This document shows, piece after piece, positions 9,491 through 19,356 of a DNA stretch of 64,000 nt. The notes beneath the pieces were generated by a model that was given only the letters and a program-made list of their open reading frames with translations, was not told the DNA's origin and searched no databases. A program made the position numbers and the translations under genes. Source of the stretch: Enterobacter phage CC31; sequence record NC_014662.1; one strand, given 5' to 3'. Each line of letters starts with the position of its first letter. Position 1 is the first letter of the stretch.

Positions 9491-9964
9491 TTAGAACTTC
9501 CTTGAGTTAAATTCAAGTTGAGCTTCAAGCCAACGAATATAATCTGCAGCAGCTTGCATCAAATCGTATTCTTCAGAATCACAATTTTCTTGACCAGCCA
9601 TTTTATAGAGCTGTGCAGTGATATCTTTTCCGTTAAAAAGGTTACGAGGGATATCTCCAGAAGAGCCGTATTGGTCAGAAGAAAGTTCTTCAAGTTCTTC
9701 AAGTTCTTCTAAATGATCAATCTCATCAGAGTAGAAGCACCAGAACCATGAATCTTGTCCGCTGATTTCTGGATGAGTAGCAGTTTTAACATGAACATAA
9801 GGGCCGTTCTTAAATTGAACAGAAGTCATGCCAGTTGATTCGCCTACTTTACTGATGCTCAGAACTTTAAATTCTGCGCCCTTAACAAATTCAGGGAATT
9901 GAGAAAGCAGCTCTTCATCTTCTGCAATGACACGAAAAACTTTATTCAGGAAACTCATATCCAA
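9491..9964 (-). CDS. hypothetical acidic protein (occupies T4 pin position)
   Basis: 157 aa ORF immediately upstream of 49; contains EELEELEEL from a 9-bp tandem repeat; pin identity not verifiable. Confidence 0.4.
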   Translation of the reverse strand: MDMSFLNKVFRVIAEDEELLSQFPEFVKGAEFKVLSISKVGESTGMTSVQFKNGPYVHVKTATHPEISGQDSWFWCFYSDEIDHLEELEELEELSSDQYGSSGDIPRNLFNGKDITAQLYKMAGQENCDSEEYDLMQAAADYIRWLEAQLEFNSRKF

Positions 9965-10072
9965 ACTCCATATCGATTAATTCATTGTTGGTAGGTTCAT
10001 TATAATCATCTTCAGGAAAGCGTTCTTCTTCCTCTGGCTCGAGGGTTTCCCATCGAGCCGCATACCAAGGTT

Positions 10073-10384
10073 TTAGAGCGTAACCCATTCTGTGATAGTC
10101 TTAGTTACTTCACGTTCGCGTTTTTCAACCAACGATACGTCAGGTTCCATGTAGTACCAGTCAGTATGATACGAACCAGAACGAGTTTCATTTACGGCAA
10201 CGTGTACATCATGCTTCTTGCTGTAGTAAACTACTTGACGATATTGATACTTGTGATTCTGAGTCCATTCATCATGGTCTACTTCTTCAAGATAATCGGA
10301 ATCTTCAAAGTCATAATACTCTGAATGCCCATCATGGTCTTCCATGATTTCTTTCAGAATCTTTTCTTTCATTTCAGAAATCAT
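10073..10384 (-). CDS. hypothetical protein
   Basis: 103 aa acidic ORF. Confidence 0.4.
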   Translation of the reverse strand: MISEMKEKILKEIMEDHDGHSEYYDFEDSDYLEEVDHDEWTQNHKYQYRQVVYYSKKHDVHVAVNETRSGSYHTDWYYMEPDVSLVEKREREVTKTITEWVTL

Positions 10385-10553
10385 TATTCACCTCGTAAAG
10401 TTTCAAGAACTTCATCATCAACCCAAGACTCTAAACCACTTGGAAGAGAACGTTCAACTTCCCAAAGCAAAGCTTCACATTCACGAAGACGATTGAGCTC
10501 AGCAGAGCAAATTACTTCTTCTTTCTTTGGGTCAATCAATACAGAGTTCAGAC

Positions 10554-10835
10554 TCATTTCAAATATTCCTTCAATTCAGTGAATCCACCGATAGGCGAAC
10601 CTTTTTCGTCAAAAATCTGGGGCATTGTCAGACCAACACGAGATGGTCTATTCAGACGCACCAGAAGCTCAGAGATAACTTCTTCATTAAAGATTGGTGT
10701 ACCATCAGCTTCATTACCTGAAGTCACAGAGATGAATTCGTAATCTTTACGTTTAGCATCTAACAGACGCTTAGAATTAATGCATGGAACACATTTAAAA
10801 TGCTTGCTGTCGTAACCGAAAACCTTGAATGTCAC
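10554..10835 (-). CDS. nrdC: NrdC thioredoxin/glutaredoxin
   Basis: FKVFGYDSKHFKCVPC...GLTMPQIFDEKGSPIGGFTELKEYLK matches T4 NrdC as recalled; track ORF starts at TTG 10850, probable GTG start at 10835 after GAGGA. Confidence 0.85.
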   Translation of the reverse strand: MTFKVFGYDSKHFKCVPCINSKRLLDAKRKDYEFISVTSGNEADGTPIFNEEVISELLVRLNRPSRVGLTMPQIFDEKGSPIGGFTELKEYLK

Positions 10836-11088
10836 TAGAGATGTCCTCAATAACGGATGAGACTACTTTATCATAGTCGGGATGATTTTGTGTGCGATGG
10901 TCCCATTTAACACCAAGTCGTTTTGCAACTTCACGGTTAATTGAACCAAACGCAAATGAATGAGCACGGGTTAAAGCACTCTTCAAGACTGAATAAGAAT
11001 CCGGCATTTTACCATGGTCTTTATGATAAGCTACCATCATTCGGAGGAGGCTGTCTTCGGCCTCCATCATATATTCTTTACGGCTCAT
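10795..11088 (-). CDS. hypothetical protein (nrdC.x region)
   Basis: 97 aa ORF. Confidence 0.4.
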   Translation of the reverse strand: MSRKEYMMEAEDSLLRMMVAYHKDHGKMPDSYSVLKSALTRAHSFAFGSINREVAKRLGVKWDHRTQNHPDYDKVVSSVIEDISSDIQGFRLRQQAF

Positions 11089-11378
11089 AGTTCTTTTAAT
11101 CTCTTATACGATTCGTGAGCTGCAATAGCAATCTTTTCACTCATTGGAAGAGAAGTGTTAGGTTGACTATTCAATTGATGGTATGCATATGTTTTGAACA
11201 TTATAACATCAAAATCAATTGAAGCGTGAAGAGAACGGTGGACGTGGTCCATGTTAAGATTTTCACCTTTTTCTTCAGCGTATTGAAGACAAATACGCCC
11301 GGCAACTTCGCGAAGCTCTTTAAACAGAGATTTCATCTCTTCAGTTTCGGAAATAGCACTGCTTTGAAATGGATTCAT
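11085..11378 (-). CDS. hypothetical protein
   Basis: 97 aa ORF, 4-nt overlaps with neighbours. Confidence 0.4.
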   Translation of the reverse strand: MNPFQSSAISETEEMKSLFKELREVAGRICLQYAEEKGENLNMDHVHRSLHASIDFDVIMFKTYAYHQLNSQPNTSLPMSEKIAIAAHESYKRLKEL

Positions 11379-11710
11379 TTGACCGCCTTAACACCAGGAA
11401 TTTTAGAGATAGTTTCGAATACTTCGTCAAAATCGTCTTTATTGATTGTGACTACAATAGTACGAGTTGTTTGCTTCTTTTTCCAACGCTTAAAGAAAGT
11501 TTCTAAACGAAGGTCATGAGCTGCAAAACTATCTTCATTATGCTTATAAACATACCCAGATTCGATTGTAACTACTGCGTCTGGAGCTGGGTTTTCATAT
11601 TCTTCAACTTCTACATCATCGAATAGGACTAATGTGTCGTCATGATAATAGCCTTCCCAGAAGGCTTCATCGTTATAGAATTCTTTCCAAAGTGCGCCAG
11701 TAGTTTTCAT
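11375..11710 (-). CDS. hypothetical protein
   Basis: 111 aa ORF. Confidence 0.4.
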   Translation of the reverse strand: MKTTGALWKEFYNDEAFWEGYYHDDTLVLFDDVEVEEYENPAPDAVVTIESGYVYKHNEDSFAAHDLRLETFFKRWKKKQTTRTIVVTINKDDFDEVFETISKIPGVKAVK

Positions 11711-12222
11711 TTCTTCACCTCAGGGAAAGCTGCAGCGATACGTTCAGCAATTGCTTTATCGAGCATATTACCAAAGTGATTATTGATACGAGAAACAATC
11801 ATTTGTTCCCAGCGATGTTCAGTCATTCGAAGAGTATCTTCAATGCGGTTTTCTAATTTTTTGGCGGCTTCTTCAATGCATTTAGCGATTTTGTTTTGAA
11901 TGATATTTTGAGCAACTTCAATAGCCTCTTTACGCATTGCTTGGTCTAACTCAAATGTCGAGTCATAGTTATTCCAACCGCGCTTAGTGAAGAACGTTTT
12001 GAGTTCAGTTTCAACAGCAGCCTTCACTGAAGGAACACGAGCGCCAAGTAATTCAATTTCCTGCGAAACTGCTTTACGAATTTTGTTATCAGAGTCTTTA
12101 AGCACCATCTCTTTGACGATGTTCTGAATAACTGACTGTTGCAAGGCGGCACGAATTTCTGTTCCTTCTGGGAACAACTGACGAATTGTGTTGGTGTCTA
12201 ATTTTAAATCAATGAGTGACAT
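11707..12222 (-). CDS. hypothetical protein
   Basis: 171 aa helical ORF. Confidence 0.4.
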   Translation of the reverse strand: MSLIDLKLDTNTIRQLFPEGTEIRAALQQSVIQNIVKEMVLKDSDNKIRKAVSQEIELLGARVPSVKAAVETELKTFFTKRGWNNYDSTFELDQAMRKEAIEVAQNIIQNKIAKCIEEAAKKLENRIEDTLRMTEHRWEQMIVSRINNHFGNMLDKAIAERIAAAFPEVKK

Positions 12223-12234
12223 AATATTTTCCTC

Positions 12235-12663
12235 TTAAATAATATCCGAATTCATCCAATCAATTACTGATTTAGGTAAACATACTATCACAGAAAAGAA
12301 GAAAGCAAGTATATAAGTGATAATATAAAGGAACGCTGAACCAAATGACCAAGCAACGTTCCATCCTTGGCGATATTCAGAATAGATTAGTTCTGGTCGT
12401 ATTTCTAAATCGTATGTTGAACCAACTTGCGCCATGCTATAAAAGGCAGGTGAAATTTCTCGGTCAAATCTTCGTCCGTTTTGGTCTTCATATACAGCGA
12501 TGAATTCAAGATGAGAATACTTACCGGATGAAGTTCCGGAATAAAGTTGAACTAATTCTGCTTTAATGAGCTGGTCTTTTGAAAAGTCAGGACGCACATC
12601 AGTGAAAATAGAGAAGCACCAAAAGCAAATTGCTGCTATGAGAAATTTCATACGAGTTGTCAT
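12235..12663 (-). CDS. hypothetical exported/membrane protein
   Basis: 142 aa; N-terminal signal-like helix and C-terminal TM segment. Confidence 0.4.
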   Translation of the reverse strand: MTTRMKFLIAAICFWCFSIFTDVRPDFSKDQLIKAELVQLYSGTSSGKYSHLEFIAVYEDQNGRRFDREISPAFYSMAQVGSTYDLEIRPELIYSEYRQGWNVAWSFGSAFLYIITYILAFFFSVIVCLPKSVIDWMNSDII

Positions 12664-12917
12664 TTTAATTCCTTCACAAATTTATGAAAACAGATTCGGC
12701 ATTTCATCTGAAGTTGAGGAGTTTGCCAGTTAACTAATTGTACTTGAATACTATCACATTTTGGACAAGGCGTAACTTGTTTAGCTGCTGCTTCACGGCG
12801 TTCAACCATTTCCATCATCGCTTCCCAGCGAGTAGCGGCCAGAAGCCGCTCCATTCCTTCAGGGTCATCTAAAATTTCTTGACTTAAATCAACGTCTTCT
12901 GCTAATTGCTTTTTCAT
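12660..12917 (-). CDS. hypothetical zinc-ribbon protein
   Basis: 85 aa; CPKC...CRIC. Confidence 0.4.
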   Translation of the reverse strand: MKKQLAEDVDLSQEILDDPEGMERLLAATRWEAMMEMVERREAAAKQVTPCPKCDSIQVQLVNWQTPQLQMKCRICFHKFVKELK

Positions 12918-13912
12918 ACGCCAGCCTTAGGTTCAGAAATAACTTCTAATGAGATTCGCAATGTTTCCATTTGGCGTTTCAGCTGAATAGTACGTGAACT
13001 GATTCGTGAAACTTCGTCATTAAGATTACGTTTTTTCGTTTCAAGTTCATTGAACTCTTTTTCAAGCTCGTTAATTTTCGCTTTAATAACTTTGCCTGCA
13101 TCTACAGGAGTTTCAACAATTTCTTTGACTGTGTTAGGAGTCACAATTGGCTCTTCTGGAGCAACAAAATCTTCGCTTTTCTTGATATTCAAGTTCACCA
13201 TAATTTGATGCTGACGCGGTGTTTCCACAACAAGATTATGAAAACGAACGATATTCATTCGCTTAAGAGCTGAGATAATCTGCTTTGAGATTCGTTCCAT
13301 ATCACCGTTTTCACGCCCGGCACGAATGGTGATAGTCATTACATCTTCACTTTCTTCAATAAATGAAACCGTCGGAATGGTCCATTTACTAGTTGAAAGC
13401 ATGAAGTTAGTTTTAGCTTTGTCGTTTTCAGTCAGAAAAGCTGCACCCAGACGTAACAGACGAGGAAACTCAAAAGAAAACTGATTAATGATGAAATTAA
13501 CAGCGCTTTGATTATGCATTTTATTCGTGTGCACATTAGTTTTATCACCATCAGCGTTATAATAAAGAGCATTGTATTCGTCAGGAGCTTGCATTAAGTA
13601 ATGACGAAGACGGTTATTTGCTTTAACACGACGGAGAATTCCACTGGTGCGCAGTACATCAATCCAGGCGTCGGGTTTATTAGCATCTCCAGTAGCTATT
13701 CGCGTAGCGTTGATGCGAGCATCAATTCCCATTTTACCAAATTCAGTGTTTAAAATGGTTGAAATCCACTGACGAATACATCCAAGTTTTTCAATTCGGT
13801 CAGCTCGTAATCCTTCGCCTGGGACGAAGTTGAAAGATGCTTCAGCATTAGCAATAAGTTCTTTGATGTAAGTATTGAAATTGTTGTTGGTCAACACATT
13901 TACTAATTTCAT
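12914..13912 (-). CDS. hypothetical protein with C-terminal coiled coil
   Basis: 332 aa ORF; C-terminus KINELEKEFNELETKKRNLNDE heptad-like. Confidence 0.45.
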   Translation of the reverse strand: MKLVNVLTNNNFNTYIKELIANAEASFNFVPGEGLRADRIEKLGCIRQWISTILNTEFGKMGIDARINATRIATGDANKPDAWIDVLRTSGILRRVKANNRLRHYLMQAPDEYNALYYNADGDKTNVHTNKMHNQSAVNFIINQFSFEFPRLLRLGAAFLTENDKAKTNFMLSTSKWTIPTVSFIEESEDVMTITIRAGRENGDMERISKQIISALKRMNIVRFHNLVVETPRQHQIMVNLNIKKSEDFVAPEEPIVTPNTVKEIVETPVDAGKVIKAKINELEKEFNELETKKRNLNDEVSRISSRTIQLKRQMETLRISLEVISEPKAGV

Positions 13913-13987
13913 ATCTATTCCTTCATTGTCAGGCGTAAATTTGATTGAGAATCCGTGAAACCATTATACATCACGGATTTTAAAGCA

Positions 13988-14194
13988 TTAATCGAAGATG
14001 ATTGCGCAAATCCAAAACAGTGGCCAAGTTGCTACTTTAAAGATAAAAATCACCCAAACGATTGGCCAAGTCATGATAATCCATGCAGCAGTATCACCAT
14101 CGATGTCGATGAACCAGTCTTCTACAAGCTTAAAGAATCCAGTTGATACTGCGCCGATGGCTAAGTAAACCAGAATAGCTCCTATGATTTCCAT
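13988..14194 (-). CDS. hypothetical small membrane protein
   Basis: 68 aa, two hydrophobic segments, Trp-rich. Confidence 0.3.
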   Translation of the reverse strand: MEIIGAILVYLAIGAVSTGFFKLVEDWFIDIDGDTAAWIIMTWPIVWVIFIFKVATWPLFWICAIIFD

Positions 14195-14619
14195 AATATC
14201 TCTCTCGCTTCAATGATACAAAGTTGTGCTTGCTTGTAAGTATACACTGCTTCTTTTAGTTGAGCATTTGAAACTTGAAGATGGTCTTTATACCACTTGT
14301 TCAAGTCCTGATGCTTTTTAAAAGTTTCAACAAGTTTGTTATTTGCTTCAATTAAAGCTTCTTGAAGTTTATCAAAAGTCTTTTCAATAACTTCGCGCTT
14401 TACTGAACCATCATAGTTCAATTTACAGAGAATGTTAGCATGACGCCAAATTTCTCTGAGTTCTCCAAGGACGTTTTTCTTATCACCCCAAGTGAACTTA
14501 TAAAGCTCTTCACATATAGCTTCTGCTTGCTTTTCAGCTTTACCTTTAGCCATTCCAGCGTAGATATAAGCAGGAGGATAAAGGGCCGTGTTATCGACCC
14601 AGTTAGAAAGAATCAGCAT
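14182..14619 (-). CDS. hypothetical protein
   Basis: 145 aa ORF. Confidence 0.4.
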   Translation of the reverse strand: MLILSNWVDNTALYPPAYIYAGMAKGKAEKQAEAICEELYKFTWGDKKNVLGELREIWRHANILCKLNYDGSVKREVIEKTFDKLQEALIEANNKLVETFKKHQDLNKWYKDHLQVSNAQLKEAVYTYKQAQLCIIEAREILWKS

Positions 14620-15389
14620 ATAACCACCTTAGTTGGGCGCTTAAAGAACGAATGAGTGCTATCGTCTTTAGCATGTTCAAAAGTTGCAGAGAATTCAATG
14701 ACTCCACGATAATCCATCGGAACTGCTTTTGGCAGAGAGCCGTAGACCGTTGCACCGTTTTCAAGACGGACAGTCATTTTGACTTGCATCCCGTAATAAT
14801 CTTCCCAGCACTTAACTGAGACGACTTTACCTTTAACTATTTGCTTGCCAGTAGGTGCTTCGCCTTTGTTCTTTTTGAACGATTCATACAGTTCATCAAA
14901 GAACTTCTTAGAAGCTTCTTGAATAGCCGCAAGAATGTTCTTATGAGCTCTGACTTCAACCATCATAACAGTGGTGAAATCTTCAAGTTCCCAACGTTTG
15001 TAAGGTTCACGGACCTCGATAGGATGTCCGTAAAGTTTAAGTTCAACATACATTGCTGCAGTTAAACGAAGTTTCCACCATCCATGGTCTCCTGTATACT
15101 CTGGTTTATCAAAGTAATCAAGTTCCGTGACGTATGGAAGATAACTACCAGCGTGATATGCTTCCACTTCGCCTAAATCATTTTCCCAGAGATAACCATC
15201 GAACGGAGCATGTGGACGATCATCAATTCCCCAGGTTGGAGCAACCACCTTATCAAATCCTTCACGACCGTAGCGGGTCTTCGCCCATCCAGCATTCAAC
15301 TCCAAAGCGCGTTCTTCAACTTTCGCTCGGCGTGCAGCATGTGCTTTACGATTTTCATCTAAGATTGAATCGATGATTTCAGTTAACAT
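14613..15389 (-). CDS. hypothetical protein
   Basis: Track ORF 14613..15467 starts at GTG; trimmed to ATG at 15389 (MLTEIIDSIL) with GGAGA RBS and early promoter at about 15425-15450. Confidence 0.45.
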   Translation of the reverse strand: MLTEIIDSILDENRKAHAARRAKVEERALELNAGWAKTRYGREGFDKVVAPTWGIDDRPHAPFDGYLWENDLGEVEAYHAGSYLPYVTELDYFDKPEYTGDHGWWKLRLTAAMYVELKLYGHPIEVREPYKRWELEDFTTVMMVEVRAHKNILAAIQEASKKFFDELYESFKKNKGEAPTGKQIVKGKVVSVKCWEDYYGMQVKMTVRLENGATVYGSLPKAVPMDYRGVIEFSATFEHAKDDSTHSFFKRPTKVVIC

Positions 15390-15519
15390 TTTGTTTCTCC
15401 ATTGGTTGATTACGAGACTATCATATACTAGCTTTTCAAGGATGTAAACGGTTGAATGCGGATTCACCAGAACGGTTGAGAGGAACTTTCTTGGGAAGGA
15501 TGATAAATCATATTACGAG

Positions 15520-15549
15520 GATACAAAAATGCCCCAGCGAAGCCGGGGC
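15520..15549 (-). terminator. rho-independent terminator
   Basis: Hairpin GCCCC-N9-GGGGC followed on minus strand by ATTTTTGTAT, right after stop of 15555..15986. Confidence 0.5.
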
Positions 15550-15554
15550 GAACT

Positions 15555-15986
15555 TTAGTGATAAGCTGGAGTATTAGGGTCGCCAGAAAACCACACAGAC
15601 TTTTCTATAACAGCTGTTTGCAATTGATTGTTATAAAGAGTCTCATTAATAATTTTTTCCATCTCAAACAAATGTGCAGCTTGCAACTGCTCACGGTCCA
15701 TTGAGATTAGAGCTTTACAGCGTTTCTTATGATATAGACGCTTACCTGTATTGTTATCGGGAGTGTCATCACAAGCTGTTGCATTACGAATCCAATCGTC
15801 TGATGCTTCATCAATAGCATTTTTGTATTCTACTATAGAATCAGTCATGCGGTTATAAAAGTCTAGTTTAGCTTCTTTATTGTTCTTTTGAAACATTTCC
15901 AAAGCAATTGATTTTAAACTCACTGCTTCCACTCCTCTGTTCGACCTATTCGGTCGGGGTGACAATTCCAGAAATAGTCCTTGCAC
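15555..15986 (-). CDS. hypothetical protein
   Basis: 143 aa ORF. Confidence 0.4.
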   Translation of the reverse strand: MQGLFLELSPRPNRSNRGVEAVSLKSIALEMFQKNNKEAKLDFYNRMTDSIVEYKNAIDEASDDWIRNATACDDTPDNNTGKRLYHKKRCKALISMDREQLQAAHLFEMEKIINETLYNNQLQTAVIEKSVWFSGDPNTPAYH

Positions 15987-16336
15987 TTATTTCCATTAGT
16001 GCGGCAGAACTTTTGCTGGTACGATTTCTTTTTAAACGGCTCACCACAGCTTGGACACACAAGTGTAGAACCAACTTTCATTAATGCATTATTCCGGTAG
16101 ATAGGTTCCATAATATCGTACCGGGTTGTTGGCTTCTGCCCTTTAGCACTTTTACTACTATGCTTTCCTTTTCCATCTTTGTTGTGTCGCTGAGCATCAC
16201 TAAGAAGTCTGAGGACTTCAATTCGCTCGCCATGCAAGTTGATGGGTCGAGGTTCATATCCATATTCTTCATTTTCATAGTCCTCGTCTTCATAATCATC
16301 ATACCAATCGTTGAGTTCATCTAATCCGTAGCCCAT
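15920..16336 (-). CDS. hypothetical zinc-ribbon protein
   Basis: 138 aa; acidic N-terminus, CPSC...C...C; overlaps next ORF so start uncertain. Confidence 0.35.
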   Translation of the reverse strand: MGYGLDELNDWYDDYEDEDYENEEYGYEPRPINLHGERIEVLRLLSDAQRHNKDGKGKHSSKSAKGQKPTTRYDIMEPIYRNNALMKVGSTLVCPSCGEPFKKKSYQQKFCRTNGNKCKDYFWNCHPDRIGRTEEWKQ

Positions 16337-16551
16337 TATTTACCTGCAATTAAAACGACAACCATGAAAATAATCCAGAATGGATAAAACAAAACCATAG
16401 ACCATTCTGCTAAACATTTAACCACTTTCTGTTTAGCGGTGTGACAACTTGATGCTGGCATTCCAAGACACCAAGCGAAAGTGCTGGCAAAGAAAACTCC
16501 GCCAAGTAAATAAACCGCAATAGCTATTGCAATAAGAATTGGAGTTACCAT
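16336..16551 (-). CDS. hypothetical membrane protein
   Basis: 71 aa, two TM helices. Confidence 0.4.
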   Translation of the reverse strand: MVTPILIAIAIAVYLLGGVFFASTFAWCLGMPASSCHTAKQKVVKCLAEWSMVLFYPFWIIFMVVVLIAGK

Positions 16552-16730
16552 AAGTCTTTCCTTAGTAGATTTTCAACATCGCTTCTGTAAATGGATGAAG
16601 AAGTTATAAGTTCATCGTCAAATTTCACTTCAACCTCTAACGTTCCAAATAATGAATCATTGCGAACTTCTATTGTTAAGTTCTCTTTAAGCATTTCTTT
16701 TAATAATGCTCGAATCTCTTCAGGGCTCAT
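16545..16730 (-). CDS. hypothetical protein
   Basis: 61 aa ORF. Confidence 0.3.
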   Translation of the reverse strand: MSPEEIRALLKEMLKENLTIEVRNDSLFGTLEVEVKFDDELITSSSIYRSDVENLLRKDLW

Positions 16731-17230
16731 AATTTCATCTCAATCCGTTCTTTACTTTTAACACCCTTTCCGTTATCTGAATATTTACGTTCCATAATAA
16801 AATCATATGGGTCATCAATATCCATACGCATCCAGAAGACGCCAAGTTGAATATTACACGGGTCATTAGATTTAGAACCTGTGCAACGTCCTAAGTCACG
16901 GCGAGAATAACGATGATGACCATTTTCGTCCATGATAGTTTCATAACCAGTGCGACGGTCAAGACCAAGGTCTTTGAATTTTGTCATCAAGACTTTATCA
17001 CCAGACAGAGTTTCATAAGTCCAGCCTTCTTCAAAGTGACTTGGATTTCCGTCTTTTGATTGAACCATCACAATAACATCTTCAATGTTCTGGTCATCAT
17101 TATAAGTGCCAAGATGCCATACTGCTTGATATTGGTTCTCAGCTTTTACTGTTGCTACTCGGAACTTTTCGTCCCAAATTCCATTAACAAAACGTTTAAA
17201 CTTGATTTCATAAGTGATTAATTTGCTCAT
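16727..17230 (-). CDS. hypothetical protein
   Basis: 167 aa ORF. Confidence 0.4.
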   Translation of the reverse strand: MSKLITYEIKFKRFVNGIWDEKFRVATVKAENQYQAVWHLGTYNDDQNIEDVIVMVQSKDGNPSHFEEGWTYETLSGDKVLMTKFKDLGLDRRTGYETIMDENGHHRYSRRDLGRCTGSKSNDPCNIQLGVFWMRMDIDDPYDFIMERKYSDNGKGVKSKERIEMKL

Positions 17231-17240
17231 TATAATTTCC

Positions 17241-17582
17241 TCAGATTAAGCCTAATGCACGTTTTTCTTCAGGGTTCAATTTAGACAAAGCATTTTGTTT
17301 TACTTTTTCTAAACGAGCAACTCGTTCTGCTTCAGTTTCGGTACGAATTTCAAAAGCACTTGTTCTTAAGAAAGAAAGTTTGCTTCCATCTTCAAAAGTT
17401 AAAGTGATTGCCTTTTGAGGCTGATGGTCAACAGTACCGTTTGAACCATAGAAGGATTTACCAGCGACACTCTCTTCAGCTTTAAAGTAAGAGTCATAGT
17501 AACCATAAACTTCTGAGCGCCGGTCGTCTGGTGAAATTCTGGCGACATATACATCCGATTCTTTTACATTGACTACTTTCAT
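17241..17582 (-). CDS. hypothetical protein
   Basis: 113 aa ORF with GAGGAAATAAA RBS. Confidence 0.4.
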   Translation of the reverse strand: MKVVNVKESDVYVARISPDDRRSEVYGYYDSYFKAEESVAGKSFYGSNGTVDHQPQKAITLTFEDGSKLSFLRTSAFEIRTETEAERVARLEKVKQNALSKLNPEEKRALGLI

Positions 17583-17620
17583 TTTATTTCCTCAGTTGGG
17601 GCTTTCGCCCCGTGGTTGAA

Positions 17621-18598
17621 TTATTTCAGCATAGTTACTTCAGCAATTTCAGTCCAGTTTTTCTCGTCGGTAGCGACGAAATCTGCCAGGTAAAGAGCTG
17701 TGCGGAGAGATACATTACGAAGGCGATTAACGTTGTTTTGCATAAATGCCAGAACGTCAAGTACTTGGTAGTGTTTTAAGCCGCGGTTCTGCAACATGTC
17801 GGTTGTCATAATAACATCTTCAACGCGAGACATGATTTCTTCGTTTGTGTGAACACCGAGGTCCAGATAAACAGAACGAGATACCAAAGCAGAAAGATGA
17901 GGAGCTAATTTGCTACCACGTTCTAATTCTTTATCAATATCAACGTTTGTGATGAAGACGACAGTACCTTCAAATTCAAATTCGTTTGGAATATCTTTTT
18001 CTTCCAGGAAAGCAGAAGCAGTTGACCAGCAAACTTTACGTTTTTCGCCAGAATCAAGAGCAGCTTTCAGAAGGTTCAGGATGTCCATATCAGAAAATAC
18101 GTCCACATCATCAATAAGCAGAACAGAATTTGAATGACGAGATTCCCAGAGACGGCAGTAAAGACCGATGCCAGAAATCTTACCGTTAACCATTTTGTAT
18201 TCAATATCACCGCGAGCATCTGCTTTAGTTAATGCTTTATCTAAGGAGAAAGTTTTACCGATACCAGCAGCACCTGAGATAATCAGTGAACGAATGTTTC
18301 CGTTAACCAGACCAGCAGTCATTAACCCCATAACGTTGAAGCGTTTAGCGATACGTGCTTTCATTTCTTCAACAGATTCGGTCAGAACTTCTTTAGTTAC
18401 TTGACCTTCAATTTTGTAATCACCGTGGAAAACCCATACTCCACGTTTCTTACCATCAATCATTACGAATACTTTACCATCACCCTGAGCAGCGTCAGCT
18501 TCAGATAAATCTTTTGGGAACCACTGATCAATGAATTCAAAAGTACCAGAAATTTCTTTACCGAAGTTAGTACCTTTGGTGATAGTGATGGTTTTCAT
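17621..18598 (-). CDS. P-loop NTPase (AAA-like ATPase), unknown function
   Basis: Walker A GAAGIGKTF and Walker B VLLIDDVDVF; start trimmed to ATG 18598 (MKTITITKG) with GGAG RBS and early promoter at about 18636-18666. Confidence 0.55.
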   Translation of the reverse strand: MKTITITKGTNFGKEISGTFEFIDQWFPKDLSEADAAQGDGKVFVMIDGKKRGVWVFHGDYKIEGQVTKEVLTESVEEMKARIAKRFNVMGLMTAGLVNGNIRSLIISGAAGIGKTFSLDKALTKADARGDIEYKMVNGKISGIGLYCRLWESRHSNSVLLIDDVDVFSDMDILNLLKAALDSGEKRKVCWSTASAFLEEKDIPNEFEFEGTVVFITNVDIDKELERGSKLAPHLSALVSRSVYLDLGVHTNEEIMSRVEDVIMTTDMLQNRGLKHYQVLDVLAFMQNNVNRLRNVSLRTALYLADFVATDEKNWTEIAEVTMLK

Positions 18599-18669
18599 TT
18601 TTGTTCTCCGAGTTTCTATTTGTTTGGTATGAGGTAATAGTATCATCATCTCATACCGTTGTAAACAAT

Positions 18670-18933
18670 TTATTTTAATGTCCGCCAAATTTTTACTGCT
18701 TCTCGTCTAGAAACTTCTACAGCTCCAAGCTCTACAGCTTTTTGACGACGGTCTGCACGCAAGTCATAGTGCTTAATGCGTTTGTCCTGGAACCAAGAAC
18801 GTTTCATTCCGATTGCTTCTGCTACTTTATGTAGCTCTTCGATATCTCCATCAGTGAACATATGACAATTTTTAGTTGGATGACCACGAAGCTTCCAACC
18901 ATGATTCATTAGAACATCTACGTAAACTGTCAT
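18670..18933 (-). CDS. hypothetical protein (DUF4031-like pattern)
   Basis: 87 aa; MTVYVDVL...CHMFTDGDIEELHKVAEAIGMKRSWFQ...HYDL resembles a widespread phage/prophage domain of unknown function. Confidence 0.4.
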   Translation of the reverse strand: MTVYVDVLMNHGWKLRGHPTKNCHMFTDGDIEELHKVAEAIGMKRSWFQDKRIKHYDLRADRRQKAVELGAVEVSRREAVKIWRTLK

Positions 18934-19078
18934 TGGTTTTTATCCAAATAAGTTTCGATAATTTTCTGGGCGAGATAAACTGCGTTATCTTCGGTTGCAT
19001 CTTCTAAGAAGCTTTCAAAACATGCTGAAATTTCTTCTGTGTCAATCAACTTCTTTACTTCAATCGGTGTAGTTTTCA

Positions 19079-19291
19079 TTAGCTTTCCAAAATTTCGTTG
19101 ATGTAGTAAGGACGAACTGAAGAATTCAGGAAGAATTCATCTACGAAGTCAATCAGAGCATCTGAAGTACCTTCCAAAACGATGTAATACTTTTCTGAAA
19201 TTTGCTTTTCAGAAGTGATTTCAACTTTATACTCCTGTGCTACTGCTTTAGCTTGAGCGATATTTTTAACTACGATTTCTAAAGTTTTCAT
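19079..19291 (-). CDS. hypothetical protein
   Basis: Trimmed from track ORF 19079..19402 to ATG 19291 (MKTLEIVVKN) with AAAGGAGAA RBS; early promoter at about 19305-19340. Confidence 0.4.
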   Translation of the reverse strand: MKTLEIVVKNIAQAKAVAQEYKVEITSEKQISEKYYIVLEGTSDALIDFVDEFFLNSSVRPYYINEILES

Positions 19292-19356
19292 TTTGTTCTC
19301 CTTTGGTTTTGATAGTGCTATAATACCATATGCTATAGCGCTTGTAAACATTATTT

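Noticed and set aside
9690-9720. 9-bp tandem repeat (caagttctt x3)
   Set aside because: Lies within the 157-aa ORF and encodes EELEELEEL; a coding low-complexity repeat, not a regulatory array.
14613-15467. N-terminal extensions of several track ORFs (also 10850, 27208, 29428, 24635, 19402, 19692, 37055)
   Set aside because: The track translates TTG/GTG as M and takes the longest ORF; the extensions overlap promoters, terminators or upstream genes and lack an RBS, so starts were moved to the first ATG with a Shine-Dalgarno sequence.
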